A DNA stretch of 63,964 nucleotides, counting the filler, from Welwitschia mirabilis (Eukaryota): assembly GCA_051453625.1 (NCBI GenBank). It is 4 parts of one record of this genome, joined end to end, with 100 filler letters (N's around TTAATTAATTAA, not from the genome) between each part and the next. Parts side by side here need not be neighbours in the genome. Positions count along the whole stretch, not along the records: positions 51,168 to 61,248 come from JBOZIK010000001.1; positions 61,349 to 63,964 come from JBOZIK010000001.1; 2 more parts are not named here. One strand, written 5' to 3'. The position numbers and the translations under genes are program-made. The notes beneath the pieces are model-generated. The model saw nothing but the letters and a program-made list of their open reading frames with translations. It was not told the DNA's origin and searched no databases. Shown here piece after piece: positions 51,168 to 63,964 of this stretch (position 1 is its first letter; each line of letters opens with the position of its first letter).

Positions 51168-54100
51168 GGTTGCACTCCCCTCATCATAAATTAAAATAAA
51201 ATACTTTGAGGCTATGGAATTAGTAATATTCCTAGTATCGTCAAAGACATTGCTTGTTTCTTAGACTCATTGTGCTTATAGTATTCCCAGATGAGTTTTT
51301 CACTTTTAAGGATTTGACTGTATTTTGGGTGTTAACAAGTGAGTTCATTTCTTACATCTTTTAATCTTAGCATTTATTATTTGAAAAAATTATTTACTTA
51401 GCATTATCATAATCACTACCTATTCAAGTGCTACTTTATGAAGTTTTTGCATTATGTCGTACATCATTAGTTAGGTGATTTTATAGTTACTTTCAAAGGG
51501 GATTGATAGATTTGAATTTAGGGTAGATACACAATCTTCATCATTTTCTTAAATTTTTTTGTTTTACTTAGTTGTTTTAGTTAGTATTTCAAAGTCATTT
51601 CCATATTTTTTTATCATGAATGCTTAGGACTTGATCAATTAGTAGTTCTCTGGTTGATTTCTTTTTATAGAAGTTGATTTTCTTTTTGCAAATAAATTTT
51701 CTTAGTTGATGATGCTAATTTTTTCCATTTATTCCTTTGAATCTTTTCAAGTTTAGTTTTCTTTTAATTTTTTTTTTTTTGAGTTTTGATGCATTCAATA
51801 CTATTTTTTAATGATTATAAATTCATAGCATATTCCATTTGTCTTCCTTAGCTTAATGAATTTACCNNNNNNNNNNNNNNNNNNNNNNNNNNNNNNNNNN
51901 NNNNNNNNNNNNNNNNNNNNNNNNNNNNNNNNNNNNNNNNNNNNNNNNNNNNNNNNNNNNNNNNNNNNNNNNNNNNNNNNNNNNNNNNNNNNNNNNNNNN
52001 NNNNNNNNNNNNNNNNNNNNNNNNNNNNNNNNNNNNNNNNNNNNNNNNNNNNNNNNNNNNNNNNNNNNNNNNNNNNNNNNNNNNNNNNNNNNNNNNNNNN
52101 NNNNNNNNNNNNNNNNNNNNNNNNNNNNNNNNNNNNNNNNNNNNNNNNNNNNNNNNNNNNNNNNNNNNNNNNNNNNNNNNNNNNNNNNNNNNNNNNNNNN
52201 NNNNNNNNNNNNNNNNNNNNNNNNNNNNNNNNNNNNNNNNNNNNNNNNNNNNNNNNNNNNNNNNNNNNNNNNNNNNNNNNNNNNNNNNNNNNNNNNNNNN
52301 NNNNNNNNNNNNNNNNNNNNNNNNNNNNNNNNNNNNNNNNNNNNNNNNNNNNNNNNNNNNNNNNNNNNNNNNNNNNNNNNNNNNNNNNNNNNNNNNNNNN
52401 NNNNNNNNNNNNNNNNNNNNNNNNNNNNNNNNNNNNNNNNNNNNNNNNNNNNNNNNNNNNNNNNNNNNNNATCTAGATAACAAGATGGATGCCACATTGG
52501 AAGTTTTGAATAATGCTCCTTTTTATGTTTCGTCTTTTTTAGACTGAATCTGATCCTTCTTTTCATGCACAAAAATATTGTTCCTAGGCTAGTTGTATTG
52601 CTTACTTAAACTAGCATATAAATCTTTTTAATCTTAAATTAATGTAATATAAGATGTATTAATTTATCTATTAAGGGGTCAGGACATATATTTTGATATA
52701 TTTAGAGCAAATTTTAAAATTTTAAAGGTCATTTTTACATTTTCATGAGACATATCTTTAGTGTACTAATCCAATTCTGAATGCCTACTATTTGAGTGAT
52801 ATACATTATGGATATTGTTTATTAAATCATGTACTTAATATCAAAAATACTTGTAGTACATTTTTCTTGTAAAAATAATACAAGAAATTCATGAGATCAT
52901 GGATAAAGGGAATAATGTTATGATTGATTATTTTTTATATACTTCCCTTGTAAATTGTGCTTTAAACTCAATGTTTAATATATGAATGTCCTTTTTGAGT
53001 TATTACATTTTTTGATTATATATGCATATCATTTATTTAATTTATTATGGTTATATGTTATGATGATTAATTTTGTTATGACATTCAATTTTTATCTTTT
53101 TGATCTACTAAATGTTTTAAATGGGGGAATTATGCATAGGTAAGTGTTTCAATCTTATTTTTCTAATGAGCATGATTATAAGCAATTAATTTTACAGATT
53201 GAATTTTAGGAGTTTACTATCCCCATAATGGTTCAGACGATAGTTTAGATAACACCATGGTCATTTCATCTTCCAAAGTAAAAGGTTTTATTTTATTTAA
53301 TTTGTGATTTACTCCTACATATTGAGATTTATAAATTTGAGTTACATATCCCTAGATAGTGTTTTATTTTAATCAATTTAACTCATAATTATAGTTGTTC
53401 ATCAATTTTATCAAGAACTAACAAGGCTAAGTGATAGGCCATGTTACAATTCTAAATTATATATTTTTCATGGAATATTTTAAGTAGTTTTGTAGGACAT
53501 TTAGATAGGTCTAAGTACAAAATGATGATTATTGAGAGTTAAGGACAAAATCATGGAATTGCATAAATATTAATACTTTTAAAGAAATTTTGGATTAATT
53601 CTAATACTTTATATTTTGAGGAGNNNNNNNNNNNNNNNNNNNNNNNNNNNNNNNNNNNNNNNNNNNNNNNNNNNNNNNNNNNNNNNNNNNNNNNNNNNNN
53701 NNNNNNNNNNNNNNNNNNNNNNNNNNNNNNNNNNNNNNNNNNNNNNNNNNNNNNNNNNNNNNNNNNNNNNNNNNNNNNNNNNNNNNNNNNNNNNNNNNNN
53801 NNNNNNNNNNNNNNNNNNNNNNNNNNNNNNNNNNNNNNNNNNNNNNNNNNNNNNNNNNNNNNNNNNNNNNNNNNNNNNNNNNNNNNNNNNNNNNNNNNNN
53901 NNNNNNNNNNNNNNNNNNNNNNNNNNNNNNNNNNNNNNNNNNNNNNNNNNNNNNNNNNNNNNNNNNNNNNNNNNNNNNNNNNNNNNNNNNNNNNNNNNNN
54001 NNNNNNNNNNNNNNNNNNNNNNNNNNNNNNNNNNNNNNNNNNNNNNNNNNNNNNNNNNNNNNNNNNNNNNNNNNNNNNNNNNNNNNNNNNNNNNNNNNNN

Positions 54101-55125
54101 NNNNNNNNNNNNNNNNNNNNNNNNNNNNNNNNNNNNNNNNNNNNNNNNNNNNNNNNNNNNNNNNNNNNNNNNNNNNNNNNNNNNNNNNNNNNNNNNNNNN
54201 NNNNNNNNNNNNNNNNNNNTAATGTGGCATCATCCCCACTATTATTTTAATAACACACAAGATGATAACCTAATTTTAGTTAATGTACCAAACTTAATCT
54301 AACTTGTGTAATGTATCATGCACTTTATATGTGCTATTAGAGTCTTGGTTATGTTAGATTTTATAGTTTTGAATCTGTTCTTGTTAATAAATACCACATT
54401 TATCCTTGGCTCTAATCATCTTCATTTTCATTAAAATTCTCGTGATAGATGACTAAAAGGATAGAGATTCATCCATTATTATTGCAAAGAGATGTCTTTC
54501 TTGGTGTTGGGCTGTGTATCCTTCATTGAGGTGCTACTACTTTGTAACATGGATGCGGGTTTAATTTTAATCACAACTCTTTTTTTCTTTTTTTATCTTT
54601 ATGTTGTGAATGTTTCTTATGATTTATGTTACTTATAATTTCATGATAGATTCTTTAGTGATATAGATCATGAGGGAAACCTTTATTAACATTGATATTA
54701 TTAGCTTAGGTACCTTGTATCTTCGTTAGTAGATCAACTTTGCATTATTTTCACATTCTATTCGATGTAATTGATAGCTGGTGATGACTTTTCTTGATTG
54801 ATCTAGGATATACAAGGCCAATATCCATGATAGATTGATTTGGTAATTAGATAGAAGTTACATTTAGTTTAAAATTGCATTTCATTTGCATAGATTATTT
54901 GCATTATTATTTCTGCATTTTTATTTCATTCTACTTTAGGAATACATAGTGTTTTATTTCCAAAATCAATTCTATTTCTTCTTATCTATGCCTTTAATGA
55001 GAATACAACATTTGAGTGACTCCCATCTATATTAGTGTGTTGTGTTATGAAAAATCTATATATATATTTATGATTTATAGGATCTGCTTAAGAATGTAAC
55101 ATCTATACAAATATACACCATAATA
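51168..55125 (+). mobile_element. 3' half of an Athila-like element (post-integrase region plus 3' LTR 53442-55125)
   Basis: 51200-51860 aligns with the reverse complement of ~21300-22050; LTR starts tgttacaattc (53442) and ends caccataata (55125). Confidence 0.75.
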
Positions 55126-57499
55126 GCACTTTTCAGGATAGCTAGAGCTTTCTTTATTAACCTTTTCATTAAGTCTATTCCTAGAGATTTCACCAAAGAT
55201 ATGTCCACCTTTGGTGGTGATCTCCTTCTTATATCCCTACTTATTTTTTTGTTTCCTTTATTTTCTCCCTGGGGATAGGTTTATAGTTGAGGTTATCACT
55301 GCTTTTCTACCATCTCAACCTTCTCTTTCATCTTAAAATGATATTCTATATCTGTAACTCAATAAGGAAAATATATATAGTAATCTACTAACATACTAAC
55401 TAACTAACCTATTAATTATTAAGTGCATTTATAAAGAAAAACATCTATTATTATCTAAAATGCATAATTATGTGTTTACATCAAAATTAATCATCATCAA
55501 TTCTTTCAAGCTTAATATTTTATTAATCCCTTAACAAACAAATATATATAAAAGAGAGAGAGAAATGCATCATTTTACTTTTCTTCTTTTTAAAATAAAG
55601 GGGTTCTTCTCACTGGATTTTGATTCCTCCATATTTTTAGCTAATTGGACAAATTATTTTTCCTATTCTAAGATAGAAAAAAAAATTTTATGTTTCTTTT
55701 GTAGAGTAAGATTATTCAAATCTATGATCTTCAATTCCATCTGCTCTAGAGCAGCTACCTTTATACCCTTACCTTTACCTCAATGAAGATCCTTTGACTA
55801 CTTTGGCTTTCCTCTTTTTCTTTTAGAAGATGGAGATATTTTTGCTTAGGGACTTTAAGGTGCATGTTTTATTTTTAGAACTACCTCAAGTTTTAGTTCC
55901 ATTTTTGAAGTTTGTGTAAGGGGAACTATGTACATCTTTAAAGAATCTTTATTCTTTAGTTTTGAAAAAATATATCCAAAATTATCTCTCAGCATAATCA
56001 TGTTTTGTAGAACCAATATCTGAAAGAAAATTACTATTGCAAACATGAGAGCACACTATAAAAACTTTTACATAAAACTCATATTCTTTTAGTATTTTGT
56101 AAAATTTTGTTATAGTATCATTCAGAAATTTTTTGAATTATCTAGTAGAAACTTTAGCTTATTTTTGAATAATTTCAATTCTTGATAAGTTGATATCTCT
56201 TTTACAATTGTTAGAAATTTGGCTCAGCTTTGACCACCTCCTAGACATTTTTTGAATAATACTTTTAAATTTTCTATAAATCTATCAATGAAGTAATATA
56301 GTTTCTAGGGGTAATAGTTAAGGCTGCATGACACAATTAATTCTTCATGTCCAAACCCAATTCTTTTACTCAACTTTACTTTCATAAGGCAAAACTCATG
56401 AAGTAATATCATATTCTCTTTTTTAAATTCTGAATAATAAATTGGATAGAATTAAGACTTATTATTTTGACATCCTTTTTAACTCTACATAAGATTCTTT
56501 TAAAGCATTAATAATACTTAGCTTTATTCTATTTTTGACCTATTCAGTCAGAGTCTAAAAAGTTGAGGGAGTGTCTTGAATTAAACTTAATCCTCTTCTA
56601 ATTTTCTTTTTTATTTTAATAGATATCTATTTTATTGAGAAATATTATAGAGGCTGACTAGAATAATTTGCCTCTTCCATCTGATTCTTAGAGCCTTGTT
56701 TTCTTCCATCATCTAATCTATGGATCTCTTANNNNNNNNNNNNNNNNNNNNNNNNNNNNNNNNNNNNNNNNNNNNNNNNNNNNNNNNNNNNNNNNNNNNN
56801 NNNNNNNNNNNNNNNNNNNNNNNNNNNNNNNCTTAGAGCCTTGTTTTCTTCCATCATCTAATCTATGGATCTTTTATTTGCTCCCAAAAGGGATTGATAG
56901 CATTATAAATAATTCTAGACCTCAAGCCATTTATTTCTATATTCATAAGCCTCTACATGAATATTCATGAATTTTTAATTCATCACCTATAGAACTATGT
57001 AGATTTTGTATAAATATTTCTTATTTAGAAGTGGAGGCCTTTCATTATGCATAAATATAATAAATTTTTTCTAATAGTCTATATAATTAGTATTATATTT
57101 TTTGCTTGAAGTTAAATTTTGCAATAAGAATACTAATATGTCTAGTGTTTCTATTAGAAGATTCTCTAATTCTCCTATATTCTTAGTAATAGTCTCAAGT
57201 TTAATAATGCATTTGTAAGCTCTTTGTAATTTTCTACTCATACTTTTCAAGGCTTTAAAAAGTTGAACATTTCTTCCTTATTGATAATTTCATGATGTAG
57301 CTTTTTGTTCTTTTGATTTTCTTGATCTAATCTCTATCTTAAGAATTTATTCTCAATTTTTAAATCACCAAATTGGTTTTGCAATGCTAAAACCTCCTCT
57401 TTTCTATGGAAACAAGTTTTAATTTCATCTTTAACTAAGTTTAAATCACTAGAAAGGTTGTTCTTCTTGTCTTTCTCTAGTGCTTTAAAGAACTAACTA

Positions 57500-58120
57500 G
57501 ACTAAATTAGATGGAAAGATAGGGGTTCTTTAAATATGAATTGGATTGGATCTTAGGGTAAGATTAAGGAAGAAACCAATAAAGTTAGAATCTAATGGAC
57601 TAAAGAGGATTCTTGCTGATCTGGTTAAGCGGTCTTATGCCTTAGATTCCTTAAGAGGCTTAACTCCTTAACTCTGAACATACTCTAAATAGTTAAATTG
57701 AATAAGACTTATTTAGTTGGAATGGGACTTTATTTTTACTTAATATTTGGATCATTAAATAGGGAAATCTCATCCCTCCTATGCTTCAATCTCTAATTCT
57801 AACGTTATTCAACTTTATAATATGTTTTACTAGTCCCAAAAAGATTCTTTTTATAATATTTACATTTGTAAGATTTTCCTTCAAGTAGAAATGCAACATT
57901 TTTTTGATATTTTATTGGGTAATTACTATTCTCTTATTTTTCAAAGTTATTTCTAGCATGTCTTTTGACATCATTTATTCTTAAATTCTTATAAAATTCA
58001 TAAATAGATTCTAAGGAGAATCTATTATTCATAGTGAGCCATTCATACCATCATAGCTTAATAATTCTCTATTTGAATTCAATTAAGTAGATGTCTAAAA
58101 GAGCTTGTGTAAAATTCAAT
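57500..58120 (-). pseudogene. Possible third env-like accessory ORF remnant
   Basis: Minus strand YEWLTMNNRFSLESIYEFYKNLRIND...KRIVITQ*NI resembles the xxEFYxNL motif; boundaries uncertain. Confidence 0.35.
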
Positions 58121-61074
58121 GAAGAGATAACCCTACATTTTATCAAAATTTTGGAACTATTGGAGTTCAATATGAAAAATGTACTTTGGAAAAAATTTCT
58201 TGATAAATAATCTTTAGAAAATAGCTTAATAAATAAATTTTTTCTTTCTAGAAATATAAAATGTCATTTTTACAAATTTAAAAGTGTTTTATTCATTCAC
58301 CTCTCCTTCCATGTTAAATTTGACATTCTCTTAAATGCTTAAATTAAAATATTAGCTATACCTAATATTTTTTCATGATGATGTTTTGTCATTTCTTAAG
58401 ACTTAAATATAAAAAAGTGCTAAAGACAACGAAATAAAATGTATGGGTAAAAGTAAAATTTACTAATTATTTTCCACTTAAAATAGATAAAACCATGTAC
58501 TTACTATTAAATTAAATTTGCATGTATAAGGAGTAAATGAGAAATTTACTACAAATAAAATATATGGAACTAAAATTATTCTAGACATTATTGATGCTAG
58601 AAAATATAATGATACATTAATAAGATAAATAATAGGAAAATACATTGACTTGGAACTGATGCTATGAATGCTAGCATGGTTTAGATGACATAGAACTAAC
58701 ATCATGATAGGGGTCATCAAAAATGAAAATTTATCATCGAGAAAATGTTTAAATGAAATACTTGATGAATAGAATGCCATACTTAAGTGGTGATAGTTCT
58801 CCACAATATTTGGTTCAATGAAGATCATTGAGAACTATCAAGTTTTGATGAGGCTTGTTGAATTCATTATGGAGTTGGTCATTAAGAAATTAAGAGTTTT
58901 TGATAGGGTCCTTTAAATTCCAAACACTTATCATCATGAAGCAAGATGGGGGTCCTCAAGAAGAAAACCCTTCCTTTAGAGACAAGTTTAAGAAAATGAA
59001 TTGACTTAAAATCTATTCAAAGTTTTAGCTTTGGGTTGGTATTAGTCAATTCCTTAAACTTGCATTTTAATGGCTTTTAAGTAGGTATTAGTCAATTAGG
59101 TAATTTTTATTTCATTTTAAGTTTTATAATTGTAAGAAGATAATTGAGTTGACATGAGCTTCACTCAAAGTTTTAAATTTGAATTGATGTTAGCCAAAGG
59201 TTTTTAGATTCTCATTGTAGTGGTTTGGTCTAAAATCTAACATAAATTTTAGCTTTGAGTTGGTATCGATTGACTAGATAATGTGGTTTCATGCAAGTGT
59301 AGTCTTTGTGTTTATTAAGTTTTCTTAAAATATGACTCAAAGTTTTGGCTTTAAGTCAGTGTTGGTTAACTAAATAAACTTAATTTTAAGGTCTATCTTG
59401 TAATAATATCTTACTGGAGGGAAAAAAATTGGTAACTTCCATTTCTTATTATCCTTCAAAATAAAATAAATAATAAAAAATTATTTTCTACATTATTAAA
59501 CATGGTCGAAAGATCTTCTTTTAACTAAAAGTATTTGCAAGGTTTTACTAATCAGTTGGTAATATAATTAATGATGCCAAAGTTTGATGGATTCCTATAA
59601 TGATATGTAGCTTAGATAAAACTAAACTAATCATAAATTAATTTGAAGTTTTAACTTCATATTGAATCTTAATTAACTTGAAATTTCTTGATTCTTATGT
59701 TGCTTTAAGATTGTTGCTAATGCTTGGTATACTTTAGCTATTGGACAAAGTAGGTATGCAGTTTCTACATAATTGTTTTACTTAAATATTGAAAATGTAT
59801 GCACTAGCTAGCTTAACATGAATCATACATATTAAAAATACTATTAATGCTTATGCTATAAACCTAATCCTTTTATGCTAATCATTCATCATTTTCCACT
59901 TGAGCTATAGAATTCCTTCACTTAATCATATTTCAATTTTTTTTTTTTCTTATTAGTTAATCCTTATGGCTTATACTTTTCCTTACTCTCCTATTGCTTC
60001 CTTAAGTTTCAAAAAGGTAAAACATAACTTGTTAAATTTAGGTTCCACACAGATAAACATTTACATTAATAGCATAGATCCTTAATTACCTCACATTTTG
60101 GTTAGGTCTAAAAATGAGGTACAATAGTTCGTGTACTATAATTACAAATCAACTACTAAGGTCTTACATATCTTAGACTCTTTGATTACAAAGGCTAGTA
60201 AGGTCTCATGATTCATCACTTAGTGGATGAGCACACGAGGGTGATAACTAAAGAGCTTTCTTGGTAACTCAATCATAGTAACTCAGCTTATAATGTTTCT
60301 TTAGGCTAGTTAGCTAGGCGAATGTAAGTATTAAGGATTGATCAGCTTCAAGGAATAAATCTTATACTTATTCTTGCTACAGTAAGTTTTAATAAAGAGA
60401 ACATAGAGAAAATAATATGGGATACTAAGACTTACTAACACTTTTAATGAGTCCAATTAGAAAAGATCAATATGTTTTCTGACTCCCCAAGTTAGATGTA
60501 TTTACTAACCCTAGGTATGAATTCTATGGGATCTTCTTCTAAGACTAGGTGTTCTAACAAGAAGAATAGATTTTCTAGTTGCTTTAAGAATTGAGTTGCT
60601 TCAGTTGGTTGATTAATTGCTTAATAACTTGGGAAATGATTTTACTATTATTTTTGCAACTGGATGTAATAAACATTTTAGCTTAATAAATTTTTTTATT
60701 TTTATTTCAAATAAAGTTATCTTATAATTATTTTTATTTCATTATGGGCATATCAATTCCATTAAAGGAAACATAAACTAAAAAATTATTAAATTTTTAA
60801 GATAATATGAAATGATTTTAAAAATTTGAATCTTTCCCTTTATTAAAACATAATTTAATGATTATGCATGCTATTTAATTTAAAATATTTGGATAACATT
60901 CCATCATAAACTAGAATATTTTTTGTTTGTTTCATTTCTCTCTTTATTTTTTTATTTTTATGTTTTTTTAAAGATGTGATAGAATTATAGTTTTGATAAT
61001 TAGTTGTGTCTCAAATAACTCCTAGGGTATAACTATTCCTCAACTTTTTATTTTTCACAACTTAAATTAATCAT

Positions 61075-61235
61075 AATGAGAAGAGTACAACCACTATTAA
61101 ATGAATAAGGACCCGTAGGATATATATATATATATATATATTGTGATCAACTAATCCCTTAGTAAAGTTCTCATAGCTATCATATTGTACTACTAAAGGT
61201 TCCTTTTAAGAATATTTGCCCTTGTGCACTTAGAG
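61075..61235 (-). repeat. Homolog of the Athila post-integrase segment 24490-24620, here with an (AT)n run
   Basis: taaggacc...caactaatcccttagta.agtt..catagcta...ctaaag.ttccttt shared with 24520-24600. Confidence 0.65.
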
Positions 61236-61292
61236 TAGAATACTATGGNNNNNNNNNNNNNNNNNNNNNNNNNNNNNNNNNNNNNNNNNNNN

Positions 61293-61304
61293 TTAATTAA
61301 TTAA
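61293..61304. other. Artificial scaffold linker TTAATTAATTAA
   Basis: Centred in a 100-base N gap. Confidence 0.9.
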
Positions 61305-61611
61305 NNNNNNNNNNNNNNNNNNNNNNNNNNNNNNNNNNNNNNNNNNNNAAGGCTGCTTGAAAACTGAGAGTTATAGATATTCCGGATGTTTGCTGTAGCA
61401 TCAGTGTATCAATATTCTGTAAGTAGTTTATTCTAGTTTTTAACTTTTTACTAAACACTAATGTCCCCTTAGTCGTCTAGATGTCAGAGTCTAGCAATAG
61501 TTCCCTTTTTTGCTTTTTCTTATTCTGGGTTTTTCTATGTTTTTGCTTCTGTCGTCTCAGATGTCGTCCGAATGACATATGGGATGACACACAGGATAGC
61601 ACTAAAACCGA

Positions 61612-63964
61612 ATGGTTAAGATTGAAAAAGATGAAAAATACCAGAGAGAGTCATAATTCATTGCAAAAAATATCTGAGAAGGTTTACTAAATTTTGAATT
61701 TGAAAATCAAAATAACCTAGGTACACAAACTTTACAATTTTCTGAAATTTCTGGTTTTAATTCTATAAAAGAATCTGATTTTAATTTTAAAGAATTTAAT
61801 ACCATGTTGACCTCTTACCAAAAATAAACTATCTTGCTAAACATACCACCCATCATTGGAACTATTACCCGTACTCTTCCTCAACCAAACACTCATGCTA
61901 CTTTGAGAGATTTCATAGTAAACAAAAGACTTGAAATCCAAAACCCCTTTGACTTACCTCCTGGCGATGATGTAGAACTGAAAAACCTAAATGCTTATCC
62001 TATCTTTAGAGGAGACCCTAGTGAAGACCCCCTAAAACACATCGCTGAAATTGAACAACTCATTCTTACATCTGGAAATAATAAAAAGCGTATCACTGAT
62101 AGAACTTACATGATCATCCTTCCCATGACTTTGCAAGATAAGGCTAAACTTTGGCTCAAAACAATACCTCATAAAATCCTAAAATATTGGAACCAAGTTC
62201 AAGAAGCATTTGTTAAGAGATTCTAGAGCGAAACTACCATCCAGAAATGTAAGAAAAAAATTATAAAGTTCCAACAATTACCTAATGAGGATTATGCTTC
62301 TGCATATGAGCGATTCTTTGTTTCCTTGCATTCAAACCTAGTAGATGCCTTTCCTGAGGTAGAATTAATAGACTATTTCTATAGTGGGTTAAACAGTCAC
62401 ACCAAACAACTCATAGACTTTTCTTATGAAGGTAACCTCTTAAATCAAACTCTAGAAAATGCTTGAAAGATATTAGAATATTTAGTTAAAGTAAGTCAAA
62501 CGTGGCCAAAACCCTCATCTAGAGAAAATAGAACAGTAGGCTAAATCATAAAAGACCTCAAAGAAGTCAAGCATGAGAAAACTAAAACCAAAAGAGAATA
62601 TGAACCAATTAGCGTCATTAAGGACTTTACTTCTACTTTAGAGATATACACTCAAATGATCCTTGATGCTAAAGTGGCAACTGAGAGGAGTCAACTTATT
62701 ACTTTAACTTGTGATCTATGTGAGGATACTTATCACATCACAAAAGAGTGCCCTATACTTCCTACATGCAAAGAAAGAATTTATGAATAAGTACGTGCAT
62801 TGAACCAAGGACCCCCCAACTACAATCANNNNNNNNNNNNNNNNNNNNNNNNNNNNNNNNNNNNNNNNNNNNNNNNNNNNNNNNNNNNNNNNNNNNNNNN
62901 NNNNNNNNNNNNNNNNNNNNNNNNNNNNNNNNNNNNNNNNNNNNNNNNNNNNNNNNNNNNNNNNNNNNNNNNNNNNNNNNNNNNNNNNNNNNNNNNNNNN
63001 NNNNNNNNNNNNNNNNNNNNNNNNNNNNNNNNNNNNNNNNNNNNNNNNNNNNNNNNNNNNNNNNNNNNNNNNNNNNNNNNNNNNNNNNNNNNNNNNNNNN
63101 NNNNNNNNNNNNNNNNNNNNNNNNNNNNNNNNNNNNNNNNNNNNNNNNNNNNNNNNNNNNNNNNNNNNNNNNNNNNNNNNNNNNNNNNNNNNNNNNNNNN
63201 NNNNNNNNNNNNNNNNNNNNNNNNNNNNNNNNNNNNNNNNNNNNNNNNNNNNNNNNNNNNNNNNNNNNNNNNNNNNNNNNNNNNNNNNNNNNNNNNNNNN
63301 NNNNNNNNNNNNNNNNNNNNNNNNNNNNNNNNNNNNNNNNNNNNNNNNNNNNNNNNNNNNNNNNNNNNNNNNNNNNNNNNNNNNNNNNNNNNNNNNNNNN
63401 NNNNNNNNNNNNNNNNNNNNNNNNNNNNNNNNNNNNNNNNNNNNNNNNNNNNNNNNNNNNNNNNNNNNNNNNNNNNNNNNNNNNNNNNNNNNNNNNNNNN
63501 NNNNNNNNNNNNNNNNNNNNNNNNNNNNNNNNNNNNNNNNNNNNNNNNNNNNNNNNNNNNNNNNNNNNNNNNNNNNNNNNNNNNNNNNNNNNNNNNNNNN
63601 NNNNNNNNNNNNNNNNNNNNGGCTAAATAGGCTTAATAAAAACCCTATCTTTGATGATCACTTGAAAGCCTTAATGCAAGACGTAAGAATCAACTTACCC
63701 TTCTAGAAACTTTTGCAAGACAACCCAAAGTACTCTAAGCTGTGAAAAGACCTAATTAGAAGAAAGTAAAAATGAGTCATCCCTAGTAAAGTCTTTCTAG
63801 CTCAATCCATTAGCAACTTAGTTTCCAAAAAGTGTCCAAAATTCAAATATCCAGGGGTAGCAATACTTAGTGTCACATTAGAGAAAAACCAAAAAGTTAA
63901 GAAAGCCTTGATCAATATAGGAGCTAGCGTTAACATTATGCCCTTGCACATTCGTAAACGTTTA
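61612..63964 (+). pseudogene. Athila-like gag-protease (copy D), least decayed copy, runs off the window end
   Basis: ATG 61612 is in frame with ORF 61834-62226 (YPIFRGDPSEDPLKHIAEIEQL...LPMTLQDKAKLWL); CDLCEDTYHITKECP; after the gap VRINLPFLETF, KYPGVAIL and KALINIGASVNIMP (cf. ALCDLGASVNLMP). Confidence 0.9.

Noticed and set aside
56687..56872. ~41-bp direct repeat flanking the N gap
   Set aside because: Typical unmerged contig overlap
58600..59400. Possible further LTR with gtcaa/ttgac repeats
   Set aside because: No termini, PBS or second copy found to support boundaries
23338..61304. Recurrent palindrome TTAATTAATTAA as a biological site
   Set aside because: Always centred in a 100-base gap, so it is an assembly linker
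1..63964. Host protein-coding gene or new multi-gene system
   Set aside because: No exon structure or intact ORF; every recognisable peptide is retrotransposon-derived

Overview
AT-rich, CpG-depleted flowering-plant DNA made almost entirely of old, nested, decayed retrotransposons. I found no host gene, RNA gene or intact ORF. Contents: (i) a decayed Ty1/copia gag-pol relic (1-3.9 kb); (ii) a LINE ORF1 relic (~6.0-6.7 kb); (iii) several Athila-like Ty3/gypsy copies with ~1.3-kb LTRs and a tRNA-Asp-type PBS, one reconstructable over 17411-41861 on the minus strand; (iv) Sirevirus-like copia elements, including a complete two-LTR copy (27427-37094, TSD AAAAT, env-like ORF) inserted inside the Athila reverse transcriptase; (v) a Tekay/Del-like LTR carrying a candidate tRNA-derived SINE (46416-46671); (vi) a compound microsatellite, small tandem duplications, N gaps and three artificial TTAATTAATTAA scaffold linkers. 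I cannot support a new biological system here. The best leads are the SINE, an accessory ORF apparently shared by copia and gypsy elements, and hairpin/motif arrays in the LTRs. All translations and alignments were done by eye, so coordinates of degenerate elements are approximate.
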